Assembly (NCBI GenBank): GCA_977030845.1
Contig: OZ365112.1
Coordinates: 22,506,001 to 22,570,000, forward strand
DNA: 64,000 nucleotides
Reading direction: 5' to 3'
Origin: Fimbriosthenelais zetlandica
Taxonomy: Eukaryota
The notes beneath the pieces were generated by a model. The model saw only the letters and a list, made by a program, of their open reading frames with translations. It was not told the origin of the DNA and searched no databases. Position numbers and translations under genes: made by a program. Of the stretch, positions 11,046 to 25,829 are shown piece after piece. Position 1 is the stretch's first letter, and every line of letters starts with the position of its first letter.

Positions 11046-13629
11046 TGGTATAGGGTGAGAGGGAGAGAAGGGGCGGTGGTATAGGGCTCTGTGGTCGGTT
11101 GGTCGGTCGCTACTACTGCTGTTCTACTACTGCTGCTGCTTCGTCTCAGAGATAGAAAGCTCTAGTGGTGGGCAAGCTAGGCCCCTACGTCCATCCCATC
11201 CCCCCCAAGACAAACCTACCCCTACCCCCCACCCACCACAGTCATATACCTCCTTACAACTGTAAACCCCATAAAACAAGGTAAATATTTACCAAACAGT
11301 CAACTGGTAACTTGTAACACAAGACAGATGAATCCTCATTCCAGAACCCAGCTAGGATTTTTTGTTAGATTTTTTTGTGTGTGTTTGTACCTTCTGTCAT
11401 TGATTTACATATAATAGTTCTGTGCTGGCTTGATCATCGGTTATCTTATCCATAGACACATCGTTGCAAACATCTGTCAGGAAAAGTCATTCCCTCCTTT
11501 GAAATATAAATATTATTCATCTCAAACTGTAAAAACCAGCTGTAGTGCCTCCAGTACAGGCAGTTTAAATGACCATGAATCATGCACCTATCTCCACTAT
11601 TAATTGATTTCAATTACAGATACTGCAACCTAAAACACAATTATAAATTGGCTAAAACATAATTGAAACTCCCTAACAACAATGATGCAATAATTGAGGT
11701 ATTTAAAATCATCGTTTTAGGTTCTGACCCAGTAAGAGTGTGGAATGAAACAGAATGGAAATATGGGAACATGTAGAGATTTACAATAAAACAATACCAC
11801 TCTCTCTTCCTGTATTGGAAATCAATGGCTAATATATGGAGGGGTATATATACCGAGGTTTGTTCATGTCTTTGGTCATGACACGGGGTCATATGCTGTA
11901 GGGAGGTAGGAGAGAGGGTTGAGAGGGGAGACAGGGTAGAGGTGAGGGTAATATACTCTGCACTGATTCCATGATAGATGATTCAGTCTCATCCATGCTA
12001 TAGTCCACGTGGAACTTATACTGATTTCCCAATGAGTCATGTAGCTTCAATGAGGACAGGGATCAATTATGTCATTAAAATTCATTATACTCTAGTAGGA
12101 TATCAATTCATTCAAAGTTTTCTGTCGGGCAAAGTTGCTAAATGATGTCTAAATGTGAAATATAAGCCTTGGAATTGCACTCCGTTCTTTTATATTTTTT
12201 ATTTCGTTTGGATGTAAGAACACCTTGTAATCAGAATGTGGTACCTCTGGCTTGGATCCAGAACATGGCCATGCATCTATTATCCGTGTTGTACAAACCA
12301 ATAGGGTCCAATTGCAGGAAAAACTGTCGATGCACAGTTTAAATTGATTGCACTTGAGGCAAAATGATTTCATTGCCTTCCTGTCATTGTATTGAGCCCG
12401 AGGGTCAATAATCCGAGGCTCCAGTGCACATTGAAAAGGCTTATCAGAAAAGCCACACAAATAATTGATAAAGTATGAATACACAACTGTCAACTCGCTG
12501 GCTTCCAATTCCATCTACTCCTCCCAAATAGCCAGTTTTCATTGCTAACAATGTTTATCTGTCAGGTTTTTTCTTCCCCTTTGGAGCAGTTATATCAATA
12601 TGATTGCTCTAAAAGCCTAAATCAGGAGTTAATACTATAGGACTCTAAAGTCAGAATATTGGAAATTTGGAATATTTAAGAAGCCAGTGCTGTCGTTTGG
12701 CTTGTGCAAATATCATAATTCATGTCCCCTATACCAGATGATTGATGGTATTTCAGAGCTAATGTACAGGTCTCGGTTTTGATATCAAATTTCATAGGGT
12801 GAGCAGCTGTGAGCAGGTCAAGACTACTCACATTGAATTAGATGAAAAGGCCATGAGAAACTACCTTCACACTTCCCAATTATACTACTGAAGATTACAT
12901 TGCTGGCAATAATTTCCTTAACGCAAATTTGCCAAAAGTCAAGTACTTGGTACACTATTGGAAGAAGTGAAGCATGAAGAAGGATGAGTGTGGATCTATA
13001 CCATATCTCATACCTGAGCGTCTGGTGTGCAGCCACAGTGATAACATGGATAACCCGGGGAGGAGGGCTGACTGGGCCACGTGCAATGAGCGGGTCAGAA
13101 GGGCTAGGTTCTGGGGGTAAAATATCACGCTGTAGAGTGAAGTCAGTTGGTCTCAGGTATGTCAAACATAGATACATTGAGAAAATAGTTACCTCGCTGA
13201 CTTCCTACCAATATATAGGTCAGACAGGTGCGGTAATGTCTGTATAACTGGTGATGTAGAAAGCTTTATCAATATCCTCAAGTCGGAAATCAGTACAAGA
13301 ACCAAAACTACGCTGTAGATATGGCAGATGAGCTGAAAGATGCTAACAATTTATCCATAGGAAACATAAACTTAGCACAATCAGCAGGGGTGAATACCTT
13401 AGCATAAGATCATAATTCTCAGTCAGATGTGACTATAGTGCACATTATTTGGGCACGATGTTCATATGTTTTCCATTTTGAAATTAAATGGTACAAGTTG
13501 AATTGCTCAGACGTACTGAGATAAGTTGCTCCTGATGTAAAGTGTCTATCTTATGGCGTGAGAGGTATACACCTTCATATTGATGTATATAAGATATTGT
13601 GAGATGAAGACCTGGGCAGCATGCAGGCC

Positions 13630-14230
13630 CAGTGGTGGGCTGTACCCATGTCACTGCAGTATGCACCATCCATCACAAGCCGGCCATGTTTGCTGGAGCA
13701 GAAAGCTGGCAGCATGTAAAACATGAGGGGCAGAAAAAGGTCCTCCATGCATTTAACATCCAGCCCTCAACACTACAGCTTTGTGCCAACTCTATTGATA
13801 AATCACCTGGGCAGGACAACAAAAAATCCAGAACATGGTAATCACTCACACCACTAAATAGAAATATAATGCTCGGAAATTTCATTGCCAAGCACCCATT
13901 GATACAATTAATGTTATCAATAACAACCCAGATTGGACGGATAAGATGAACAAGAGGGAAGAGAATGTCAGATGCATGCAGATCCAGAATAATGATCTCT
14001 GCAAAATTTCCAATATGGGAATTGTGATAAAGGGAAACTTTCTGTGAAAAAGTTGAGACGTGCTGCCAATGCCGAATATGATTTGATCTATAGGGAAAGT
14101 ATGCTGGACCTGATGGTGCCTTCATTAAATATAGATATTCTGATGGTCCGTCTGTGGAGGGGGTCTTCACAGAGAAAGTTAAACAGGGGTTACATACAGT
14201 GCAAGCACTTATTACATGGCAGGGTTGGGG
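13630..14230 (+). mobile_element. Highly decayed non-LTR retrotransposon (LINE) reverse-transcriptase relic
   Basis: Fragments KPAMFAGAESWQHVKHEGQKKVLHAFN...SIDKSPGQDNKK and VKQG resemble the RT segments K-x-x-G-x-D...EHLKxGG...LFN...PIxKxxGKD and GVxQG; multiple stops and frameshifts. Recognition by eye only. Confidence 0.3.
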
Positions 14231-17200
14231 GTAGCCTCCTGGGGTAGACGGAGTTTACCAATATAATTCCCCGTCCACCATGGAAATCTGTGAATACAGC
14301 CCAATTTCCTGGCGCAATTTACAAATGAATATTTCATCATGTTATTCTTCAATGGGAGAAAAGAGTCCATCTTGATGTGCATTTGTCGTTTACTCTGGGG
14401 TTATTTAGCATTTAAAAGCAGGAGGACTTTGCATGTTGGGGTTCCGTATTGGCGGTCATCATGAGTTGGCATTATTGGCGGTAATGGTCGGGCACAGTTT
14501 GTATACCATCACACAATAAGATGGCCAATAATTGAGCCTTGACAAAAAAGAGCAGCAACAAACATTGAGTCGGAGGAGAAAACACATCTTAGGTATGCTC
14601 AGAATGCCCAAGACTCATAAGTATATTGTTATAGATGACAATGGGGTATTCGGGAGATTTTCATGTTGGTAAATAGCCCATTCTGCATGGTAATAGGTAT
14701 GGGCTGGGGAGAAGGTAGAGAGAGGGAATGAGTGGTAAACATTAGAGGAGTGTAAAGGCTGGTGATAATGAGGGGAATAGAGGCCAGACAGTTGAATGAT
14801 GGATCTAGTTATAGGACTGCTTAAAGATGTGGCTGCTATTGTCAGCAAATGAGGGATGCTTCTCAAGGGATGCCACTCACAGAACTGGCCAATATTTGGG
14901 CTAATGATGAATTAATTTCTGGGAAATTTTCTGTTTGCCCCAGAAGTCGTTGGGATTTACAAGCAAATACTTCGTTAGAATTATCATTATAAGACTTCTT
15001 CCAATGACATTGAAGACAAAAAGAACTAGAGACAACAAATGTCAGCCTTGGCTGTGAATAATAGTTTAAAAATTGTTTAAATATTATATGAATCGTCCCT
15101 AGACTGTATTCCTCAGGGACAAGTTTTGCTGGATCTTTTGAGGCAACGTTCCATTGGTTGATGCCCTCAACGTGGCCTCAATACGACAGGCCGGGGGACT
15201 TGGGGTAATGTCTGGCAATGGCCTGGGGAAATATTGATATCTCCAGCTAGAAGCAGGCTACTCTTCCCACTCCTCCTTATATCTATACAATCGATCCTCC
15301 TCCAGTCATAGGTACAGGTTCATATTTCTTGTCTGGGAGTTGACTTCTAACGTGTCATATATTGATTCTGACTTGACTCTTCCTGCTGGGAATTTTAGCT
15401 TAGAGAGGCTAATATTGTCAGGGTATGAACAGTCTCTGAGATTCTAAACTCACAGGCATGTGGCTCATACCAAGCATGCTACATCACTTAACTGATTTTA
15501 ACTGTGAATTTTTGCCTCGAAAATCTTTAACATGTTCATTTTATTTCCCACTGAGCATGGTCGTGGCTTGGTACCTACAATTTGCTTTCTGTTTTCATTA
15601 GTTTTTCAAGTTGCACGGAGATCTAAGGTTTAATAGTAGCAATCATCTGTGCCTCTTTCTCCCACCGCCCCAGCAGGGACCAGTGGCGTGGAAGCTTCAC
15701 ATTACTTAACACCAGTAAACAGGGCAGGGAGAAGCCAGGTGCACTGGGTGGTTTTTTACTGTTTCTATAAGCAGGAAGGTGCCAACAAAGTGGTGGAAGC
15801 GAGACTAACTCTGTCAAGTCAAGACCTACACAAACCTCCATAAACACATTCTCTATTACATCTGGTATCAGGAGGGAGATAACCAGTCTACTCTACATCA
15901 CCTTCTACATTAATCTTCACATCTCTTAACCTGTTATATAATCTATAATTAAGTAAAATGATAAAGCCTCAAAAAGGTTCAAGGGCAATTGATATCTGAA
16001 CTTCCGAATGATATCCAAATCAAAATGTCGTTGGAATTCTTAAATAATTATCCATACATTTTGATATGAATTGGTATGGAGCATTTGTTATATTAATAAA
16101 TTGTATAGGTATTAGTATTGGAGAAGAGTGGTAGTTAAAGAGAGGTAGATGAGGGAGTAAAGGAAGGTAAACAGCCATGGATTCTGTATACACCTGGCCA
16201 ACCCCTATCCACCTCCACCACCAGCCCTTCACACACATACAATAAACCTCCGCCTATATAACAAATAACCGCCTGGGTTGAGTCCATACGTTCCCTGGCA
16301 TTCACAATGACAATATTTCTACACAACGACCCCGACCTGTATAAACAAGCCACCTTATAGTTACATCTACACTCCTACCATCAACCCTACCTGGTACTTC
16401 AACCAGGTTATAGATAAGACAGAAATTATTTGATATAATGTAAATATACACTACCAGAAGGTTGGGTAAAAATAATGGGCCCATTTTACTGGGATGAATG
16501 CCCGACTTTCTTAGGGTACAAGTAGAGGCCCTGGTTATTTAGCTGGCTCCACGGAGGGCCCGGAGTCGGAGCCATCTGGCGGCCCTTGACACACCTGTTC
16601 AATATCAGGAGGAGCTGCTCGGAGCAGGAGGTCTTCAGGTGCCATACCTCCACAATATACAACCCACGATCATTCCCTCCTGCTCACAAGATACATACAA
16701 GCTATAGCATCTTTATCTCAAGCCAAATACATACTATATGAAGCAAGTACACCAACAAAAAGGCATCCAATCCAATTGTTCCACATGGCAATCCATCTTC
16801 AGCAGTACCAAATTACCCCACATACCAAGCTTTGACATGGTTGGGCAGGGCTAGCTTGAGTTAAACGCTGAACGAGAGTATTAAATGGAATGGCATCATG
16901 CAGGCTCGATTGATACTGTTCAACACGGTATGGACCTATCTACATGCATTGTTAAAATATGGGTCCTGGGAGGGCGAGAAAGGGATGAGAGAATGTGAGA
17001 GAAAGAGAGAACAAGAAAGAGATGGAACATGTTTGGAGGATCTCCAAAAAGTAGAGATGAAGAAAGATGGAGATGAAGAGGCAGGTGGGAGAGAAATGGA
17101 GAGAAAGAGATGGATGGAGAGCGAGAGGAGATTGTGGAAGCCAGTGGTACAACACATCAGTTGTGACCCATATTTGGGCAGGACCAGACATGGTGGCGCA

Positions 17201-20200
17201 TGGTGTGGGTAGGACTGTGAGTAGTATAGGAGTGGGCCGTATAGCCAGGCTTAGGGTCAGCCCCAGCTCGGGGACCATTTGGCCTCTCCTGCTTCAACAA
17301 GTACCTCCGACTAGCTATGACAGGGGACAGTCATTGAGAGGTAGGATAAAGGAAGGAGGTATTATATAATATATTTATTAAATAATCGCTATAAATTAGT
17401 CTAAGTGATCTTCACTTTGTGCAGGAAGAGACTGAGGAAGAGATGTAAATGGCCATCTATACACTATGCGCTATGTATGGGTAACACTGCACGGGGGATT
17501 TATAGCCGCAATAAGAGTAGTTAGTGTACATTGTGGCGTATATATAGAGTCAAGGTCCGGGAAGCTAATTGTGTTGTCAGAAGCAGGCTGTAATACCACA
17601 GCCAGGCAGCTAAATCAATATCAATAACCCTGTAGAGGATCAATAACACTGCCATGGGCACAAATCGCAAGGTTTTTATGTAAAGTCCCCGGCAGAGGTA
17701 ATCATTTCAATTGTAATCACATTCATTGTAGCAGATCCTTAATGAAGGGTATGAATAGGGTTCATATTCCCTCAGTGAAATCCCCGGGGCAGGGACTGGG
17801 TGCATGGGCTGGATGATAGGGTGGAGGGAAGCGTAGTGGAGGGTAGGCCTAGATATGGAGGAGATACAGGGGGGACAGAGGCTGCGTAGTGGTATTAGTG
17901 TCGGTTGGAAAGGACGGGATGAGGATAGAGAGGATGGTGAAGGGGATGGGATGGAAGAAGTTTTTAAAGTAGGGACAAGTGGAACGGGCGGGTTTTTATA
18001 ATTCAATGCACGTTTTAATCAAACAAGTTGCCCTCTGGAATGCAGACATCCTATTAGCAAGCCATTTAATTAGTATTCACAGGGAAAGCAGCAGAAAGCC
18101 CATGTGGCCTGCCCCGATGGCCCTGAGCTCATCAGAGGGATCGGGGTAGTAGAGAGGGGGTCGTGTAAGGGGGGTAGCGTGGGGGATGCGGGTTTGTAAT
18201 GGGGTTGGGGGTGGGATAGAGGAAGGGATGGGTGTGGTGGTAGTGGTGGAGGCTTGTACAACACAAGGGTATCAGGATAAGTGCTGCTTTCAGGAACATT
18301 AGTAGGGTAGTAGCCCTGATCACGCACATACACATCACAAAAGCCCATACAACAACACGCATTATCTTCATGCCAATCTTATACAGCCATTGACCCTCTG
18401 ACCAACCAGTTAAAATATGCATGTATACAAATTTACATGCGATTCATGCTTTGATATGATAGGAATACACATGCAGTTATTTTTTTCTCTGACTGTAGTA
18501 AAATCATTTCCCATCATTAATGTTATAAATGGCTGAGTTTTTAAAGCGCCACCTGTATAGATACCAGCACATGTCAAGGCCTGGCCTGTAACAGATTAAT
18601 AGATGGAGGTTTTCAGTTAGAGCATTGTGTGGCCGCTTCCAGCAGCACAGAACGATGATGGCTCCAGGCCCTATAGCTACAATACAGGTCATTCACTAAA
18701 TGACTTCATACCTTCACATGTCTTTATCACCATGAGATTAAAGCGGTAGGTGATGGCCTACAGTGTACACGACCAGATACAATGGGCTTTTATCAGGGCA
18801 ATATAGGCTAAAGCCACAAATAAATGGATCAACCCCTGACGAGGCTAATTAAGGTATTGATCGATTAACAGGTGTCAGAATAGTGAAAAGAGGGTAGAGA
18901 TCAAGCCTGATTAAAGCATCTGATCATATTAGATGAGGTGGTCTAATACTTTTGGGAATAGATCAATCCATTTAAAAGTACCAGTATTGACCAGAGTGAT
19001 GTCTATAAGTGACTTCTTGTATGTCCTAGAAGTTTGTCCTAGTGAGGTTTACCAAGGAAATTCCCCTGTTTCCTCTGAAGGCAAAGAACTAGTGGGAAAC
19101 CACAGACCAGAGAATGACTATCATACCAGGCGGAGCTTGTTCAACAATAGAGGAAAACATGAGGTGGTCATTAGATAGTCAGTCCCATTCCATGCCCAGC
19201 AGACATGCACATAGCTTCAGGTGAAGATTGCTCTCACAAGAATTTGTCAAATCTTGGAGAGATTAACCTAGTTCCTACACACAAGACCCACCTTGTCCCG
19301 TGTAAATGTAATACTATCTTTATATTCAGTTAGCTATCTGGTACCATTCTTCACAATACAAAAGCCCAGATTTTCTGATAGAGACAGACCACATGCAATG
19401 TGAGGATATATGGCTGTAATTATGAATGATTTATCAAATACTGTCATAATTCATGGTGGACCCCAGCAATGACCGGCTGTTTAGTGGGGGGTGTAAGAAC
19501 TGGGCTCTTTATATGCAGTATCAGGGCCCTCACCACTTGCGGGGAGAGTATAGTTTATTACATTTAATACACCTCCCCCTGGACTGCTTTTCTAGTGAGC
19601 GCCCTGAGGGTAGTGGAGGGGAGTGGAGCTGGCTAATCTCTGTAGACCGGGACGCTATACCAACCCTTTCTCTTACCAAACGGTCGATAAAATGCTGCCG
19701 AAAAGAAGCACAAGCTCTACACAATCTTGTCAAAGGGTTTCTTATTTTTTCTATAAAAAAAGTTATTGTTATTTGACCAATATCAAATCCAGGTCTCTCA
19801 GACGTGGCTACTTACATCAAGTCCATAATATTTATAATTTACTGATAAAAAATAATATTGACCCTTTGGACCACAAAAGCAATTGCCGTTGTGCTCTATT
19901 AAGTACCTCTGTTTCACAGATGTTCTAATTAAGTTAAAATATTTGAGAAGAATTCCCTGAGTACCAAACAAGACCTGGCGTTGGGAGGATGGCCTTGTGT
20001 GGAGAGCTGGCAGGCGCACTGGTGGGACGCCTGGTGGAGAGAGACTAAACTAATAGAGGAATCAATGTGGAGGTGTAATGGGAGGAGATGGAGTGGCAGC
20101 TTGGTGCGTGGTAAGGTAGGGGGCTCTGCCACTCCATTGTTTCTTTAAATTCGCAAACTCCACACACCCAAGGCAACAAAAAGAAGATCAGAAGGAAACT

Positions 20201-20490
20201 AAATCGGAGACAGAAATAAGTCTTTGTTCCAGTCTTATTTACCTTTCTAAAAAAATACATGTATTGATTGAGATGCACTGACGCTGGAAATATTTTATAA
20301 TGCAGTAACAGTGAAACTCTGATAAAATGCGGATTTATAAGAGTAAATATATCACTGAATATTAACCATGAGAATGAAACACATACATAATGACAAATAA
20401 CGTAGGAAAAGGGGTAATCTGTTTCAAATTTGAACAGGGATCCTTTACAGAATACGAGGGATGATGGCAAATACGTAGATACTTACTCAC

Positions 20491-20515
20491 TCAGCAAATA
20501 ACGAGAGAGAACCAT
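20491..20515 (-). CDS. Candidate start-codon exon (MVLSRYLL, phase 1) of the giant-exon transcript; whole exon 20491/20487-20531
   Basis: Strong acceptor tttgtttcctttctcttcAG (exon starts 20531), ACCATGG Kozak context at 20515, donor GTGAGT. The phase matches both the 7145 exon and the 4738 exon. Linkage is inferred from phase only. Confidence 0.4.
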
Positions 20516-23500
20516 GGTAAACAGCACATACCTGAAGAGAAAGGAAACAAACTTGGTTAATACTGCTACATGTGTGAATAGGGCAGTGGGTGACATAGTA
20601 AAACATGATAAAATCATGAACGACGATAGGTGCAATAATTTCATGTATTAATGCTTAATTTCATCACTAAAGTTTTTTAAAAGTAACTTTCTTTGAACAC
20701 AGAGTGTGTTTCAAACGGCCACCTAGTCAGTTAAATCTAACATAATGAGATTGAAAATTTTAGTGTGTTTTATAAAGAGGCAGCATATTCTAATGACAAT
20801 GGCGCAGTGCTAATTTAAGCAGAGCTCCTGGGAGTCTCCTGGATGTTTGTGAATCAGCAGAAAGGCTAACCGCAGCCTGGCAGCCATGCCTGACCAGGCT
20901 CTCATTTAGAGATCCTCCTATTTACAGACTCATGATTAGCCTGAGGATTGACAATTCCTCACGCTTCTTATTCCCATCCACTCCAAGCTTTCATATCGAC
21001 CAAGCTCTTGGGATGGAAAAAGTTACCCATTAAATTCTTAGAGGAGAAAATAACATCTATCCGGATCGAGAGCCTTCTAAAGAATCGTGAGAATAATAGC
21101 ATTCAAGAAAAGAATACTTTCTGGAGTTTCAGTTAAAGGAAACATGAATCTGTAGAATTAGGTGGGGCTTTATCAGTAGCAAATCATCACAACTCATTTA
21201 GGAATTAATTTCTCTCTTCTGGGAAAACGAAACGGACAACTATAATTTTTGGTGAAATCAAGTATCTAATGAAGTACCTAGGAAAATCACCTAGCGTTTC
21301 ATATTGCTTTAAAACCTCAAACCCAAATTCTCTTTGATAAATTCACCTTGCCAATTGTATGCGCCAGGTAACTTCATACTCTCTAGTCTTTCATACCTGT
21401 CTATTCAATGTCCGCCCTCAGGTATATATAACACTACTCGTAACTCCCTCTAACCCACCTCTGTAGAATACAGACGGACTTGAGGCATCACAAAGCTACT
21501 TAAGGTTCTTTAGTGATTCAGCTCTACCAACTGTGTAGGATGTACATAACCTGGAGGCCTGCTATATACATTCATACTCTCACACAGGCTTCAGTAGGAG
21601 CGGCCAGAATGTGTAAAGTCACTCAGTATTCAGCTCACACCATCTCAGGCTATTACATTCACTCATTCGCTTGTTTAGATTTTTCGGTTGACATCAAATG
21701 CCTTTGAGTTTGCCTGAATCACCTCTTTATGTCAAGGTGTAGATTGTCATTTTGCTTCATTTTTCATTGAAGATATATCGGTAACATCATTCATCAACAG
21801 CCACAGGGCACTTTTTAATCCACATCTTAATACTTCTTCACACAAATTTTAAGAAATATAGATTATCATCGCCAAACACCTGTTTGGGAATAACCTTGTC
21901 TATATTGTTTTTTTCTGTTCTTGTTTTGTTTCATTTTGAGCAGCAAGGGCCCCACGCCGACTGTTACAACTTGAGGTCATATAGGTTGACTAGAGTCACA
22001 CCTGTCTCTCCCCAGTCAGGTAAACAGGTGTCAATTTCTTAACACCAGTGCCAAGAAATCACTCACATTTAACTGTTTATACCAGCAGAGCACAAGTATT
22101 TTTTGGCCTTAGTACCAGTGTTAGGTTACATATTATCCCCATTAAAATCAAAGTAGCTTGTTTTCCAAATGGTCACATCTGTACTTTGATCTGCATTATG
22201 TCAGATTTTAAACTTACTGCCAAATTATAAGTTAGTAATACAACAATCTTAACTCTTATCAAAGACGCTATTAATCTAATCTGTAATTTCATCGTTTATA
22301 ATCTGCATGGTTCCCATGCTATTAACCACAAAAGGCAGCCTTGCATGGCTGGCTATATTATAAGCTATCAATTCCTACCATCCCACGTAATGTTATATAA
22401 ATGTTCCTAATTTTGAATACTAGTAGTCATACGAAATATACCTGCTAGAAATATGCGAAGGCTTTGTTTTAAACATTAGTGTAGGTGAGGGTGAAAACCA
22501 AATGAGTTATATCACATCCCTACTATATTTAAAGCTGTGTACATATACAAATCCAAAAAAGGTAGCATCAACATGGCTGTAGAAAATGGCTATAACCAGC
22601 CTCAGAATCAGCCTATATCAACCACTTCGCTGGTAATACAAAACATTCCCCTACCCACCAACCCCGGCCCCCCACTGGGCAGAATCAGATTTAATTAGAA
22701 ACCATTAGGCAAATCAATATTAAATGAGATCCCATCAAAATATCTTGGCTGTGAATATTCCCTGTAGTATGAAAAAAGGCCATGTTGCAGTTTAATTCAG
22801 GAGGTCCCTCAGGGGCCCCACATTCCTCCACGTACTATACCCCCCTCTCCCCCACCCTCCCTTTCTCTCCCCGTACCCCCTACCCTCCCATCTCTATTAA
22901 CAACTCTATTTATATATTAGGTAATGGCTCATACCTTACACTAAGGCATCAACTTCATCATTCCATTTTTCCTTGAGGAATGCATAGGTACAATCAATCT
23001 TCTTTTTTTATGAAAGTTCTGTAGCAATTTTTAAAGCAAAAATATGTTTGGGTTAATGATTTCGCAGCAGGTGGAGAGTGAAAAATGTGTATACTGAGAT
23101 AAATACTTGAATACAGAGTGGAAAATAATCTACCTTCATGTAGGTAACCCAGTTACTTAATCTGGCGGCCTATCATATATATGAGCTGGGGTGGTGGTGG
23201 GGGGGGGGGGCTGAGAGATCTGAGGATGTGAGTGTCTGCAGCAGACCGTATCCAAGTTATATAGGGGGCAGATTAGCTTAAATATATATACAAGGTAACC
23301 TCATCCTGTTGAATGGGAGGCCACCAAACATGTGGCAGTGTATCAAAGATGGAACAAATTTCATTGATAAGGTACAGCAGAGAACAGAGTATGAATGATA
23401 GCGTGTATCAGATCTACAACTGTACCAATACCCACGTTTAGCATTTTCATGAAGCATGAACTCCCCTCACAACATATTAATCTTGTTGTGTGTGGCAAGA

Positions 23501-25815
23501 TCTAGTTATAAGAATACAGGCAAATATCATTCACATTCAGACAGGGCATAAGACCAGGTTTTATGATGACCAATCAGGGCCAGTACCGTATTCATTACAC
23601 TATTGTGTTTTTAGAGAGATGAAAGCACTTGGAATAAATTGCCCCATCAACAAGGGCAGTGTGGTACAAGCACACACAGTGCCAAAAACCCATTCAATTA
23701 ATCCTGAAACGTCCAACACAATCATTCCATCACTCGCTGCTGCTGGCTGCTGGGCCTGTATTTTTTCTTCCTCACTATTTGGATGCAGGTGGGCTGAACT
23801 TGGTACCAGGATGGGTGCTAGTCAACCCAGTTTTTACTACGGTTACCCCCAAACAAGAACTCACATAACTAATCTTAAGTACCCTGCAACATGGCTAAGG
23901 TATTGTGAAATCAAGAAAAGTAGATTAACTCAGAAAATAGAGATTACCTAACCAAAGTGTGTATAATGTAGACCTATACTATTATGTATTTCTAGCCATA
24001 AATATAATTATTGAAACACTCGATGTGATGCATCGACAGGGCATTTTTGCAACAGCACATAAGAGATTGGTATTTGGTATAACATATGAACCTTGTCTAC
24101 CATTTTTCACCCTCATATTGCAGGGTGAACCCTGGCATAAGCTGGCAGTGAGCTGTGCCCTGGCAGCTTGTAGTGCCAGTTGTAGGAGCAGCAGTAGCAG
24201 CAGTAGTAGTAGATCTGTAGCAGTGGTCAGCCCTGGACCATCACGCCTGACCTCCCACCATTAATAATGTACATGCAATTAGTAGGTGGAAAACTGGTCA
24301 GTTTTCATGTACAAAAACACTCGTCAGTGTCGCTGCCTTTCTTGGACTGAACTCGCTTTTACAAGGGAGCTTGTCACTTTTGAATGGCTCAGCAAAAAGT
24401 AAATCAATATTTCTTTTGTGAATTCTCTTGAAAGTTGCAATATTTCCCCCATTATTGACCCTTTATTAATGGATTAATTAATCAGGGAATCACATTTAAC
24501 CTCATCTTGGCTGTTACTTTAAGGTAATATGTGTGGTTTGGGGTTTGGATGTCACCTGATAGGGTAGCCCCCAGGACAGGGCTTCAGAAGATTCCCTATT
24601 GGCAGCCAACATCAGTTTGACAACAGCTCAATCATCATCGGTGAATTGGAGCATCAATCAATACAATTTCCTCCTGTACCACACCGTGAGCTGACAGATC
24701 ACCTGAGCTGCTCACTCTCCTGGAGTTCCACTAGTCAATATTTACACCTGAGTAACTTATTCAGTTACAAGTGATCATTTCACTACTCAAAACTCGATCA
24801 GGAATGATCTCCATCATTTAAAAATGTTAATGATCCAGTTTTTCCCACAATATATAGTTTTACCATTGGGCCATATTCTACATTTATGTATTGATCATTG
24901 ATGCATCATGGTATAAGTTACAAACATGATATCTTGTTGATATGTAATAGCAAACGCCTTATGACTGAAATCAGGATTAAAGCAAGTTGGCATCGGAGCT
25001 TCACCACTTCATACCTGAGGCCACTAAGACCTCTAGCAGATTTTGCTTGGCAAAGCAGTAGCACGGAAGCAACAGTCTGCCTGGTAACACCTCCTCCCAT
25101 GCTAGAGCTGGTCAGGACCTTACCCCCAAGCCCCCAGCCCACTTCCCAATTCCCACCCACAGGCTCTCTTCCCTGAATAGCTGTAGAATCTCGAGAGTCC
25201 TATTGATTGGGGGCATCATCTGGTAAAAGCCCTGGCTACAAAGCCAGCAGCACACTAAAAGACAACAGCCGGGGGCTGGATTTAATACATCACCTAGAGA
25301 ATAGTTAGCAGGATAGCCCTGTGGACTGAGGTATCTCATCATCTCCTCCTCCTCCTTCTCCTGCTAGCCTACCCCCCACCCCCACCACACCCCTTCTGTC
25401 TGATGAAAGTGGAACTTGAAAGGAACTTAATCACATCCTATCAACATAAGTATCGATGGAAAAATATCATGTCCTCTGATCATGATTTTATCAAAGATAT
25501 AACTTCTTTTATAAAGAAAATCATTGCTGCTGCTCTACCACAACGTTTTGTATCTATATTTCTTGGATTTTCTGCTTTACCTATACATTTGCCATTGTTT
25601 GTATTAAATTCTTGCTTCATCACTATTGGTAATTCAATGCAGCCCAGCTTATTCACAGCCTCTCATATTTGTGGTATTTTTTACGGCACTAGATTTGCCG
25701 ACTCTTTCACCATCAAGTACTATTCTTCTTCCTCAGTGGTATCAGATAGCCTTTAACCCTAAGCTCAGTCAAGATCCCTCTTCCTTCCTCCATTTCCATC
25801 ATCCTGACGATGAAA

Positions 25816-25829
25816 GTTACCATGACAAC
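25816..25829. promoter_or_regulatory. RFX X-box motif GTTACCATGACAAC
   Basis: Exact consensus match. Confidence 0.55.

Noticed and set aside
13212-13229. YIGQTG, resembling the Penelope GIY-YIG endonuclease motif
   Set aside because: Isolated hexapeptide; no preceding GxY/CxxC or following R..EH elements, and a stop follows shortly.
16898-17369. Overlapping ORFs of about 100 aa in the GA-rich tract
   Set aside because: Low-complexity purine-rich intronic sequence open in several frames, with no splice-bounded exon or homology.
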